64,000 nucleotides of DNA from an uncultured archaeon (GCA_964632315.1 CAZWEM010000016.1:13924-77923); one strand, 5' to 3'; shown: positions 49,001 to 58,912, counted from the first letter of the stretch. A program made the numbers and translations. The notes: generated from the sequence alone by a model not told the origin.

Positions 49001-49312
49001 GGGAATAAATCAATTTTAGCCTTTTCATAATAAATTATAAAAAAGTATGAAGTTTTATTAAAGTAACGCTTTTTTTTAACTACTGAAGATTAGATTCAAA
49101 CTGCTATAAAAGTCTGATTTACTTAGATATTTATTTAACTATATTCAAGAGTTAGTTGAAAATCTTTACATTAAAGAGTAACGGCATTGATCAAGTTGGG
49201 ATCCTTTTTAGATAGAATGTAAATTCAATCTATGTACTTTATTAAAATTTTTAAAATTAAATAAATTTCTACTTTTATTCATTCTATATAAAACTATAAT
49301 TAAGAAATTAAT

Positions 49313-49816
49313 ATGAATGAAAATATAGAATTATCTCAAGAAGAATTACTGGAGTTAATGAGATATTCATTTCTCCGGTTAGATGGTGCGTGGTTTATAG
49401 CTTCGGTAGAAAAACTGGGTTTAGAGACTGCGACAGAGTTAGATATAAAAGCCTGGGAAATATTTTCTGAAAGGTTAGGAAAGAAAATTGCTTCAATAAC
49501 AAATTTGGAGGGCAATCTTTCTCAAACATTACCAAAACTAATGAAGATCCAACATACACTCATGAATATGAACTCAGAATTCGTCGTTATTAATAAGAAT
49601 AAAATGATTCATAGAGTTTTAGAATGTGAAGTTTGGAGAATGGTACAGAAAGTATGGGCTCAGGAAGAAATTCCGTGTCACAAGGTCACACTAGCAAGTA
49701 TTAAGGGTTTATTAAAGGGGGCTTTTCCCGAGAAAGAATTTGTTTTAAACTTTAAGAAGAAAATTCCTTTAGGAGATCCTTACTGCGAGATTGAAATTTC
49801 AGTTATAAATTCATAA
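49313..49816 (+). CDS. DUF6125/V4R-like small-ligand-binding fold protein
   Basis: LDGAWF motif and conserved Cys in C..W...C and GDPYCE. Confidence 0.6.
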   Translation: MNENIELSQEELLELMRYSFLRLDGAWFIASVEKLGLETATELDIKAWEIFSERLGKKIASITNLEGNLSQTLPKLMKIQHTLMNMNSEFVVINKNKMIHRVLECEVWRMVQKVWAQEEIPCHKVTLASIKGLLKGAFPEKEFVLNFKKKIPLGDPYCEIEISVINS

Positions 49817-49845
49817 ATTGTAGGGGCATAACGAACTAGTTAATA

Positions 49846-50532
49846 TTAAAGAAAAAGATATGGAATTATTGAAAAACCTGTCCAGAATAATGGAATTAGG
49901 TTTAAAATAAGATGAGGGATGAAAGTGTAGGTCATCTGATTACTTTTTCTCCAAACAACCAGATGTAAAAATCCAGATAATATCGTCAGAAAAATAAAAA
50001 TAATACCGAAGATCGTTTTTGAATCTACTACATTAAGGAAATTTACCCAAAACATTACGTGAATTAACCCTACAAATGAAGCAAATAAAGAGAGTCCGAT
50101 TATCCTATATCCCAAGTACTTTTTATTCTCCTTGTTTCTTAAAGGATAAAGATCCCAAGCTTCAAATATAAAGATCCAGAGGATTTGCTCGGAACTTGCG
50201 TTAATTGGAGCCCAAAAAAGACCTGTTAAAATTACACCTATAATATCTATATTTGTTACAACAATTCGAGCAAAATATGCAAATATAAGGCCTATTATGA
50301 TAACCCCAAGATTGATAAAAAATGTGATTGGCGGATGGTCTTTAAATTCCGTGAAATATCCGGTAGATCCTCTTCGCCATTTACTTATTCCCCACGCCAT
50401 TCCATAATAAAGCAGCATTGGGAACAAGGCCCCTGTCATGAAATATAGTAATTGAGCAATAAATGGAAAACCAATAGCAATTAACACTGAAAGTACCAAA
50501 TCAAAGGATTGGGGTTTCCATTCTTCTAACAT
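49846..50532 (-). CDS. Multi-pass membrane protein, possibly CPBP-related
   Basis: Seven or more TM segments; SEQ..W, H and PHLILN resemble degenerate CPBP motifs. Confidence 0.65.
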   Translation of the reverse strand: MLEEWKPQSFDLVLSVLIAIGFPFIAQLLYFMTGALFPMLLYYGMAWGISKWRRGSTGYFTEFKDHPPITFFINLGVIIIGLIFAYFARIVVTNIDIIGVILTGLFWAPINASSEQILWIFIFEAWDLYPLRNKENKKYLGYRIIGLSLFASFVGLIHVMFWVNFLNVVDSKTIFGIIFIFLTILSGFLHLVVWRKSNQMTYTFIPHLILNLIPLFWTGFSIIPYLFL

Positions 50533-50583
50533 AATAATTAAAACTTAATTTAAAATAAAAATCCTTTTATGGATAAAAAAAGT

Positions 50584-51615
50584 TCAATTAGTGGGATTTA
50601 AAATTTCATTTACGGTGCTTTTCTTGTAAATTTCTGTTGCTAATTTTTTCAATCCCTCAATACCAATTGGTTCTTCTGAAAGTCTATTAGATTCCCAAAT
50701 TTTCAGACTTTTAAATTCATTTCTAATTTCTGCAACGTATTTCTGTTGAATTAGAGATACCTGATTACAAAAATCACATTTTTTAGTAAACTTTCTTGGA
50801 ATTAACATATTTATATGAATTCCTTCGAGTCGAATATATTTTTGTGTCATATCTCTCGCTCGTTTGATTTCTTCAAAACTAGGCTTCTCTGCAATTGAAA
50901 CAAGTCGTAATGATCCTACATTATGAATTAATTCAGTTATTCTTTCTCCACGTTTTTCAAGATCTACCATCATATTAAAAATTTCTTTTCCCAATTCTCT
51001 TCTTTTTTCATAATCGTCAAAGGGTTTGATGATTTGATGTAACATCTTCGAAAAATTTTTAATAGCATCCTTAATCGAATTATAGAAATTGATGGAGTAT
51101 TTTAACATTACTTTCGCTTGGTCTTCTGGAATTTCGAATAATGCAACCATATTACCAGTAGGAGGAAAATCCGCTACAATTAAATCAAATTGAACTTCTT
51201 CATTATTAATATCTTCAGCATCTAAAATTTTTTGGAAAAACATCGCGTTTTTAAGCGCTAATGGTATGCTATCACTAGTAAAAGTTTCATCAATATAGGT
51301 TTCAATTTGAGGAAGTTTTCCTATAAGAGGCATCTCCTTCATCAGTAATTTCATCTTTTCTATTAAGTTTTTAGTATAAATTTCTGCATAATCATTAGGA
51401 TCGGGCTCAATTGCCCATAAATTTTCAGTTATCTGAGTTAGCTTGTTTCCTATCTCGCAATTAAAAAGATCTGATAAATTATGAGCAATATCAAAAGAGA
51501 GAACAAGAATGTTTTTATTTGGTAACCGATCTGATAATGCAACGGCTGTTGCAGCGCTTATAGAACTTTTACCAACTCCACCCTTACCTCCAAAAACCAA
51601 AATTGATTCAATCAA
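50584..51615 (-). CDS. ArsA/Get3(TRC40)-family ATPase, single domain, Get3-like
   Basis: GGKGGVGKS, DIAHNLSD, DFPPTG and the C-terminal CDFC (CxxC). Confidence 0.88.
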   Translation of the reverse strand: MIESILVFGGKGGVGKSSISAATAVALSDRLPNKNILVLSFDIAHNLSDLFNCEIGNKLTQITENLWAIEPDPNDYAEIYTKNLIEKMKLLMKEMPLIGKLPQIETYIDETFTSDSIPLALKNAMFFQKILDAEDINNEEVQFDLIVADFPPTGNMVALFEIPEDQAKVMLKYSINFYNSIKDAIKNFSKMLHQIIKPFDDYEKRRELGKEIFNMMVDLEKRGERITELIHNVGSLRLVSIAEKPSFEEIKRARDMTQKYIRLEGIHINMLIPRKFTKKCDFCNQVSLIQQKYVAEIRNEFKSLKIWESNRLSEEPIGIEGLKKLATEIYKKSTVNEILNPTN

Positions 51616-52148
51616 ATTAACTACACAAAATTCAAGGAGTTTTTTGAACTATATTAAAGAGAGGTCAATAAAGAGTTTTATCAATTTTAAATATAGTAAA
51701 AAAGAGTTACTTTGGGTTAAAATCTCTATTTGGAAAAAAAATTATTCTCCCCGACAATTCTCCTTCTTTTTTCTCATCATTTTCTTGGAAATAAAAATAA
51801 AACCTACCAATATCAGTATTAATCCTATACTTGAATCTTTTTTTATTCAAAATTTTAAGGCGTTTCAATAGAATGTTATTCCAATAGACACTCATTACCA
51901 TTTATTAAACAAATTTTTTTTTAAATAAGAGGAATATTATCCAAATATTCCAAGAATCCATAGTTTAAATCAAAAAAAAATAAATGAGATGATTCATATA
52001 CTTAAATTAATCATCAATATTTGGATGATTTTAAAGAATTTTGAAAGCTTGAAAGTTATAATATTGCTTTATGGACAAATAATTCATTCAAATTATATTA
52101 TTCAAAAAAGTTTATTGAAATAATTAAAATAAGAAGAAGTGATTCAAG

Positions 52149-53362
52149 ATAACAAATAATCAAGTTGATTTTACCACTAAATATATTATCGAAGCTAAAT
52201 TTGAAATTAAGGGGGTAGTCGAAAAGTCCGATATCGTCGGCGCCATTTTCGGCCAAAGATAAAATTTAAAGGCCATTTCGGCTTGATCGGCTAAACGGAA
52301 GGTCTCCTTTTAGATCTAGATTTGAGAGATCTTCAAAAATCGGGACGAATTGGGCGTATTGAAGTTGAGAATGAATCAAAGGAAGGTATTTCTGAAGGCG
52401 TGATTAAAATACCTTCCAGCCTGACCCGAAAAGAAACTGCATTATTGGCGGCGACCGTTGAGACTGTTTCGAGAGTAGGTCCTTGTGATGCTAAAATAAC
52501 TTTAGTAGAAATAAGAGATGTTAGAGAAACTAAAAGAAAAAAGATTATAGAAAGAGCAGCAGAGTTACTAAAAGAATGGGATCAAAATTCATTAGAACCG
52601 AGTGAAATCGAGGAAAAAATCGATACTGATATCAAATTGGGGGAGATTATCACTTGGGGTCCAGAAGAATTACCAGCAGGACCAGAAGTAGATACCAATT
52701 CAGAAATGATAATCGTAGAAGGAAGAGCTGATGTTTTAAACCTTTTGAGGATCGGTCTAAAGAACACTATCGCAGTTCAAGGAACGCAAGTGCCGAAATC
52801 AATAGTTGATCTTTCTAAAAAGAAAGAAACTGTTATCGCTTTTGTGGATGGAGACCGTGGAGGAACAATTATTCTTAATGAATTGCTACAAATAGCTAAA
52901 GTAGATTACGTGGCGAGAGCACCCGAGGGCTATGAAGTTGAAGAATTAACAAGGAAGCAAATGATAAAATCTCTTCAAAATAAAAAACCCATCAGTGATT
53001 CAAATGAAATAGAAGAAGTTATCGATGAAAAAGAATATTCTGGAAAAGATGCTACAATAAAAAAACTTCTGAAGAAAATTAAAATAAAAAATTATGATCT
53101 CGTAATCGATACTATTAATAATTTACCCCAAGGAGTAGCAATTGGCTATAATAAAAGCATAGATAAACTCTTTGAAATTCCTATAAGCGAGCTTTTCGAC
53201 AGTCTCGGCAATTTTAAAGAAACTCAGGTGCTCATTATTGATGGAATCTTAACTAAAAGGTTATTATCATTAATATTAACTCTTAAAATTAAATTTATTG
53301 CTTGTAAAAATAAAGAAGAAGACCTATCTTTCCCTGAAAATATTATAGTCTTCTTTTTCTAA
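52149..53362 (+). CDS. dnaG: Archaeal DnaG (exosome-associated TOPRIM protein) in two exons, 52149-52256 and 52295-53362, about 391 aa, ATA start
   Basis: Exon 1: (M)TNNQVDFTTKYIIEAKFEIKGVVEKSDIVGAIFGQ. Exon 2: TEGLLLDLDLRDLQKSGRIGRIEV...VEGRADV...FVDGDRGG. The conserved GAIFGQTEGLL is restored only by removing 38 nt. Confidence 0.93.
52257..52294 (+). other. Putative 38-nt BHB-type (tRNA splicing endonuclease) intron in dnaG mRNA
   Basis: Central helix GGCC (52251-54)/GGCU (52289-92), AAA bulges at 52255-57 and 52293-95, intron helix GAU/AUC. Cutting after the second nucleotide of each bulge gives GGC CAA ACG in frame. Confidence 0.8.
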
Positions 53363-53787
53363 TTTTTTTCTACTTTTATAAAAGTCATGTTAATTGGAAT
53401 TCCTTTAACTAAGGGATCATATATTGGGCAGAATTTTTTGAATTCATTTATACAATTATTTATCTTATCTGTGAATCCTACATTCCCAATAGAATATCTA
53501 AATAAAATTTCAATCCCAATTAATCTCAAATTCATTTTAGGAGGTAAGTGTTTGATTTTTCCATCAACCTCAATTTCCAAACTAAGAAGGGATATCTCTT
53601 TTTTTTGAAAACAATAAGTGAATGTTGAACCTAAGCATCCACCTATCCCAATTAAGAAATATTCAATTGGACTTGGTCCTCTATCGTTTCCCCTAAAAGA
53701 TTCAGGTTCATCTAATATGATATTCTTAAATTTTCGAGCTTCAGCTATGAAGTTTAAGTTATCTTTATAATTTAAGGTAACCTTCAT
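53359..53787 (-). CDS. OsmC/Ohr-family protein
   Basis: DEP...GNDRGPSPIEYFL...GGC and FCPIY with the two conserved Cys. Confidence 0.9.
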   Translation of the reverse strand: MKVTLNYKDNLNFIAEARKFKNIILDEPESFRGNDRGPSPIEYFLIGIGGCLGSTFTYCFQKKEISLLSLEIEVDGKIKHLPPKMNLRLIGIEILFRYSIGNVGFTDKINNCINEFKKFCPIYDPLVKGIPINMTFIKVEKN

Positions 53788-53834
53788 CCAAAATCAAATC
53801 TAACTAAGTTTTTTATAACTGTGGAAATTAACTT

Positions 53835-54083
53835 TTAGGTAACTCCTAAAGCTCTAAAAATAACGCTAAAAATTAACTGAATAGCGTAAGAAACTGCTCC
53901 TAAAAGCGCAAGTCCAATAGCACATATTTTGAATACAAGGAAATAATCCTTTCTTCCTGGTTTATTTGCTATCTTAAGTATTCTCTTAGTATTTTGGAAG
54001 AATAATGCTAATCTTTCATAGTAACTTAGTTTCTTTTTATTCTCATATTGAGAATACTTATCGTATTTTGGGTAATTTGACAC
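53835..54083 (-). CDS. secE: Protein translocase SecE/Sec61 gamma
   Basis: RILKIANKPGRKDY..VFKICAIG..LLGAVSYAI; follows ftsY. Confidence 0.9.
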   Translation of the reverse strand: MSNYPKYDKYSQYENKKKLSYYERLALFFQNTKRILKIANKPGRKDYFLVFKICAIGLALLGAVSYAIQLIFSVIFRALGVT

Positions 54084-54138
54084 AATTTAAGTAAAAATGA
54101 ATGGTTAAAAAATTTATCCAAATTAGTAGGAATTACTT

Positions 54139-55032
54139 TCATTCATCAAGACCTAAAATTTTTGATATGAACGATTCCTTATTAAAAGTAATTAAATCGT
54201 CATATCCTTGTCCTATACCAATAAAAATTATTGGTTTTTTTGTTTCGAATGAAATTGAGAGCGCTGCACCTCCTTTGGCGTCAGCATCAAACTTGGTAAG
54301 TATATTAGCATCAATACCAACATTCTTTTTAAATTCTTTAGCTTGATTCAAAGCGTCGTTTCCAGCTAAACTGTCACCCACGAAGATAATCAAATCGGGA
54401 GATGCCACTCGAACTATTTTTTGCATTTCAATCATCAAGTTTTTATTACTAACTTGTCTTCCAGCTGTGTCGACTAATACAACGTCTAAATCCTTCGCTT
54501 TGGCATGTTCTATGGCATCAAAAGCTACACTAGCAGGATCTGATTTATATTCATGCTTAATAACCCTAATTCCCACCTTCTCCATATGATATGATAATTG
54601 CTCTATAGCTGCAGCTCTAAATGTATCTGAAGCTGCCGCAACGGATGAAAATCCTTTTTTTTTTAAGAAATTAGCAATCTTTGCAATTGTTGTTGTTTTC
54701 CCGGTTCCATTAACACCTAAAAAGATTATAACATAAGGCATTTTAAGACTTCTCTTCTTCTTAATCTCATGTATAATATCAATCTGTTCCTCGGGAGTTA
54801 ATATCTCAGACATAACTTTCTTAAGTATTTCAAATAAGTACTTTTTCTTGGAACTTAAAACACCAATTTGCATATTATCAAGTGATTTTGAAATTTGTGC
54901 GCATATCTCGTCAGCAGTTTCAGTTGCAACGTCATTACTTATCAATAATAAATTTAACTCAGATAACGAATCTTCTAGCTTGTCTTCTGACAAAGTTTTT
55001 TTAACAAATTTAGAAAAAATTTCTTTCAACAT
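54139..55032 (-). CDS. ftsY: SRP receptor FtsY (NG domain)
   Basis: GVNGTGKTTTIAK, DTFRAAAIEQL, DTAGR, TKFDADAKGG, GIGQGYDDL. Confidence 0.96.
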   Translation of the reverse strand: MLKEIFSKFVKKTLSEDKLEDSLSELNLLLISNDVATETADEICAQISKSLDNMQIGVLSSKKKYLFEILKKVMSEILTPEEQIDIIHEIKKKRSLKMPYVIIFLGVNGTGKTTTIAKIANFLKKKGFSSVAAASDTFRAAAIEQLSYHMEKVGIRVIKHEYKSDPASVAFDAIEHAKAKDLDVVLVDTAGRQVSNKNLMIEMQKIVRVASPDLIIFVGDSLAGNDALNQAKEFKKNVGIDANILTKFDADAKGGAALSISFETKKPIIFIGIGQGYDDLITFNKESFISKILGLDE

Positions 55033-55066
55033 AATTCCTAAAATCTCAGATCAATAAGTAGCAACT

Positions 55067-55489
55067 TCATTGGGGGTTTTGTCTCATACCACTTTGAATA
55101 GATTCTCCCATACTCTGGAGTGCTAATTCTATATTTTGGAGTTTTTCAACTACAAATTTCAAACTTTCCTTTTGCTTCTCAATAATGCTTTCCAAAAATG
55201 AGATCGATTCATCTAAACTTTTTTCTATAACTATATCTTGACCAACCGACACTAAAATTTTCTGAGTGTCTATTATTTTTGCTCTTATTTTAATTAACCC
55301 TCCAATCGGAAGAAGAATGTCATCATCTTCTTTAACTCCCTCTTTGATTTTTTCCAAGGTTAGTTTAGTATTCTGCAAATTAGCAAGAGAAGCATTTACC
55401 AACTCCAATTGAGACTGATATAAATTTCGTTGTTCTTCGATATATCTATATTGAGTTAGTTGTTGTTGTAGATTTTGTGAATTTTCCAA
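55067..55489 (-). CDS. pfdA: Prefoldin alpha subunit
   Basis: Coiled coils flanking ILLPIGG...ILVSVGQDIVIEK; conserved operon position. Confidence 0.93.
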   Translation of the reverse strand: MENSQNLQQQLTQYRYIEEQRNLYQSQLELVNASLANLQNTKLTLEKIKEGVKEDDDILLPIGGLIKIRAKIIDTQKILVSVGQDIVIEKSLDESISFLESIIEKQKESLKFVVEKLQNIELALQSMGESIQSGMRQNPQ

Positions 55490-55504
55490 ATAATCACCAT
55501 ACTT

Positions 55505-55732
55505 TTATTGAGATAGTTCTCGAATGAGATAATCTTGAGATTCAGTTAACGGTATTTCTTTAATTTCTTGAATTTTAATCTGTCTACGATATATACCTAT
55601 CGAAGTGATTTGACTCAAGGCTTTCTCTAAAGCATCTTTTTCTTTTAAAGCTCTCACTTCTTTTCTAAATAAGTATTGTTTATGATTTTTGAGATATGTT
55701 CCGACAATTCTATATATTTTAATCTCTGACAT
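55505..55732 (-). CDS. rpl18a: 50S ribosomal protein L18Ae/LX (eL20)
   Basis: KIYRIVG..FRKEVRALKEKDALEK...RRQIKIQEIKEI; lies between aIF6 and pfdA. Confidence 0.9.
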   Translation of the reverse strand: MSEIKIYRIVGTYLKNHKQYLFRKEVRALKEKDALEKALSQITSIGIYRRQIKIQEIKEIPLTESQDYLIRELSQ

Positions 55733-55835
55733 GAAATATCCATCTCACGTGATAAACTTTGTTTTTATAATTATTTAAAAAATATTAAATTTTGGTTTTT
55801 AAATAATTTCTAAAAAAATAATTGATATCTCGAAG

Positions 55836-56516
55836 CTAAAGATCTAAAACTAATGTCATTCTTTGCATTTCAGGGCCCGTGCAATTTAAACCAAAAATTC
55901 CTCCTTCATCGTTGACTAGCGCTCCAGAAGAAACATATGGAATTCCTCGGTTTACAGTTGAGACATCAACTTCATCAACTTTTAATAATTCTGCTATCAT
56001 TTCGACGTCTGAATCACTCGATAAGGGATGAACCACGCATCCATGGTTGTTTGTAATTGCAATTGATCCAGGTAGATAATTATTGGCAAACTCAAATACT
56101 GTCGTCTCAACTCCCAATATTTCTTGAATCTCCTTTTTGTATTCCTTTAAAAAAGAACTTATGATAGCTCCTTTATCATTACATAGTATTAAATTTCCAA
56201 ATGCATTATCTAACGATTTTAATATTCCAATTTGATATGAATTATCAATACTTTTAATATTGGCTCGTAGTGACTCCAATTCATCATCTCTAATGATGTG
56301 TGGAAGAATTATACCATTCTTATTACTAGCAGTATATACTCCTAAAAGATTTGAATTATTTATTGTCAATTCAAACATTGGCTGCCTAAATACATCTTTG
56401 ATCTTTTCTTCTGTTGGTCTTAAAATCGTAGACGGAAGCAATCCAAATATGTTATTGACTGCCATATATACACCTATTGAATTTTGACCGAATATATTTG
56501 TGAGGTATATCGTCAT
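55836..56516 (-). CDS. eif6: Translation initiation factor 6 (aIF6)
   Basis: IGVY, LLGVY..SNKNG, AFGNLILCNDKGA, NNHGCVVHP, STVNRGIPYVSSG, TGPE. Confidence 0.95.
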   Translation of the reverse strand: MTIYLTNIFGQNSIGVYMAVNNIFGLLPSTILRPTEEKIKDVFRQPMFELTINNSNLLGVYTASNKNGIILPHIIRDDELESLRANIKSIDNSYQIGILKSLDNAFGNLILCNDKGAIISSFLKEYKKEIQEILGVETTVFEFANNYLPGSIAITNNHGCVVHPLSSDSDVEMIAELLKVDEVDVSTVNRGIPYVSSGALVNDEGGIFGLNCTGPEMQRMTLVLDL

Positions 56517-56638
56517 TTGAGCTTCTATCTTAAGTTTACTTTGAAGTAAAAGGTATTAAAACATAAATATTTTATTATAACGCTTTTTTATGGAGATTCT
56601 CGCAAACTATATTAGTTTGAAAAGGTCAATTATTATTT

Positions 56639-58846
56639 ATGATTGATTGGATTATTTCAATTTTTTATTTTGCAGAAATTTTAGGAATATTTTCTTTCAA
56701 AATGATGATTACTGTAAATTTACCGATATTACTTATAAGTCGAGGAGTTTTAATTTTAATATCCTATTATATTTTGAATAAAAAAGGATTACTAAATAAA
56801 CGTTCAGAATCATATGATGAAGCAAAAAGAGGATTTATAGTATTTGGTTTTAAACAAACCATAATTATATTAATAGGAATGATATATTTCCCCATTTCAA
56901 TTCTTCTTTCTTTCTATGCATTTTTAAAATTAACAGGATTTTTATATAACGAAAAATCTGTATTTAAAACGAGGTTTATTAATCTAACGGGAAGGATCTT
57001 AACTTTTTTACTCCCTATAATCTCTTTATTATGGTTTGGATTATTTCGACAAGATATAGTCTCAGTAGCTTTGATAGGATTAGGTATTTTAATATACTTC
57101 TTCCGAGGAATGGATAAAAAAACCTTAACTCTTGAAGAGATCTCCAGGTATACCTTTCGCAAGTTACATCCATTATTAAAGTCAATCTTCCTGATATTGT
57201 TAATCTCATTACCAACAACTATCATTATAGCTTCAGGTATTTATCAAACCCAAGAAACAAAGACGTTTATGGTTGAAATGAGTGATGGTACTAGACTATC
57301 TACAGAAGTTTATTATGCTCCTGGGTCTTTTGGCTCTTCTCGCTCGGTCATATTGATCAGAACACCATATGGTAAACACTTAATAGGAAGCTTATATGGT
57401 TCACTTTATTTACCTCAAAATTATCATGTAGTCATACAAGATATTCGAGGCACTTATGAATCAAAAAGTAATCATAATTTCCTATTATTCACAGATGCAT
57501 ACAGAGATGGAGTTGATACTATAGAATGGATATTGAATCAGCCATGGTGTAATGGAAAGATTGCCTCAGTAGGGGCTTCTGCTTTAGGAATAAATGAATA
57601 TTTTTATGCAGGAATGAATCCTGAAGGGTTACTTGCCCAATCCATAATGATTGCTACCCCAGATTTGTATAAAACATCTATTTACCCTGGAGGCGCATTT
57701 AGAGAGAGTCTGGTGACTGGATGGCTTAAAATGACTGTTCCAGATAATTATGAATATCAACTTAATTTAATAGCCTCCCATCCAATGAAAGATCGCTTTT
57801 ATAACAGTACTTCTATGTTTATGGATATTGGTCCCAATTTTACAAATGTAAGCACCCCAGCTATTCATATCGGTGGATGGTATGATGTTTTTCAACAAGG
57901 TACTTTAGATGGTTTTATTGGTTACAACAATCGATCACTTCCAGAAGCGCGTGGCAAGCAACTCCTCATAATGGGGCCATTTACTCACGGATTTCCAAGG
58001 GAAGGATTAGTAGGAGAATTATTCTATCCAACAAAGTCTGTTAGTGGATTTGATTTATACTTGCAATGGGAACAGAAGTTATTAGATTATGCTCTTCTAG
58101 GAACAGATATTGACTGGACACAAAATAGAGTCGCATATTATATGATGGGTGATGTTAACGATACAAATGTAAATGCAAATGATTATCGTTTTGCAAAAGA
58201 TTGGCCAATTCCTTACAAGAATGATACTTGGTATCTTAATAATGGAGGTATTATATCAAATAACTCTTTACCTGATTCAAATTTAAACGTTTCCTTATTG
58301 TATGATCCTCGAAATCCAGTTCCCACGCTAGGTGGCAATAACTTGATAATTTCAGCGGGACCATTTGATCAGAGTTCTCTCGAAACTCGTAAGGATGTTC
58401 TAATTTGGGAAAGTCAAGCCCTAACGAAACCTTACGAAATTATTGGACATATGTGGGCTCATTTATATGTCTCCTCTAACTGTACTAACACTGATTTTAC
58501 TGTAAAAATTACAGATGTATATCCAGATAACCGATCAATGCTCCTTTCAGATGGAATCATTAATGCTGCTCGCAGAGATGGATTTAATACTACAGCACCT
58601 TCGCTTAAAGGAGTCATCGATGATGTGTGGATCGATTTATGGTCTACAGCATATCAATTTAACGTTGGGCACAAAATACGAATTGCGATTTCTAGTTCAA
58701 ATTATCCGAGATTTGCTGCGAACCCAAATACTGGAGCTCCCCAACAAGTTTACTCATATCAATATTTGACAAAAAACATCGCTAATAATACGATACTAAC
58801 TGGTCCTAAATATCCATCTTGTATAATCTTACCTAATCCGATATGA
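56639..58846 (+). CDS. Membrane-anchored CocE/NonD (peptidase S15) alpha/beta hydrolase, paralog 1
   Basis: About 6 N-terminal TMs; RTPYGK, QDIRG, GASALG nucleophile, GGWYD, GPFTH, YDPRNPVPT, SSSNYPRF. Confidence 0.9.
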   Translation: MIDWIISIFYFAEILGIFSFKMMITVNLPILLISRGVLILISYYILNKKGLLNKRSESYDEAKRGFIVFGFKQTIIILIGMIYFPISILLSFYAFLKLTGFLYNEKSVFKTRFINLTGRILTFLLPIISLLWFGLFRQDIVSVALIGLGILIYFFRGMDKKTLTLEEISRYTFRKLHPLLKSIFLILLISLPTTIIIASGIYQTQETKTFMVEMSDGTRLSTEVYYAPGSFGSSRSVILIRTPYGKHLIGSLYGSLYLPQNYHVVIQDIRGTYESKSNHNFLLFTDAYRDGVDTIEWILNQPWCNGKIASVGASALGINEYFYAGMNPEGLLAQSIMIATPDLYKTSIYPGGAFRESLVTGWLKMTVPDNYEYQLNLIASHPMKDRFYNSTSMFMDIGPNFTNVSTPAIHIGGWYDVFQQGTLDGFIGYNNRSLPEARGKQLLIMGPFTHGFPREGLVGELFYPTKSVSGFDLYLQWEQKLLDYALLGTDIDWTQNRVAYYMMGDVNDTNVNANDYRFAKDWPIPYKNDTWYLNNGGIISNNSLPDSNLNVSLLYDPRNPVPTLGGNNLIISAGPFDQSSLETRKDVLIWESQALTKPYEIIGHMWAHLYVSSNCTNTDFTVKITDVYPDNRSMLLSDGIINAARRDGFNTTAPSLKGVIDDVWIDLWSTAYQFNVGHKIRIAISSSNYPRFAANPNTGAPQQVYSYQYLTKNIANNTILTGPKYPSCIILPNPI

Positions 58847-58912
58847 TAATTATATATTCTTCTTTTTCATTTATTGGATATCTTTATTAATATGAATCGT
58901 TCAAATTAATTT

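Noticed and set aside
49185-49208. Third trace of the ahcY repeat (gatcaagttgggatcct)
   Set aside because: Only about 17 nt of similarity, which could be chance.
49001-49312. Cobalamin riboswitch or metal-regulator operator upstream of the ABC importer
   Set aside because: Very AT-rich, with no B12-box or convincing palindrome.
51620-52130. ORFs 51509-51871 and 51707-51901
   Set aside because: Low-complexity AT-rich sequence with no motif; at most a decayed remnant.
52257-52294. Programmed frameshift or read-through as the explanation for split dnaG
   Set aside because: Both exon frames hit stops within the insertion (TAA 52260 and TAA 52292), and extra residues would fall inside an invariant motif. 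Precise excision fits better.
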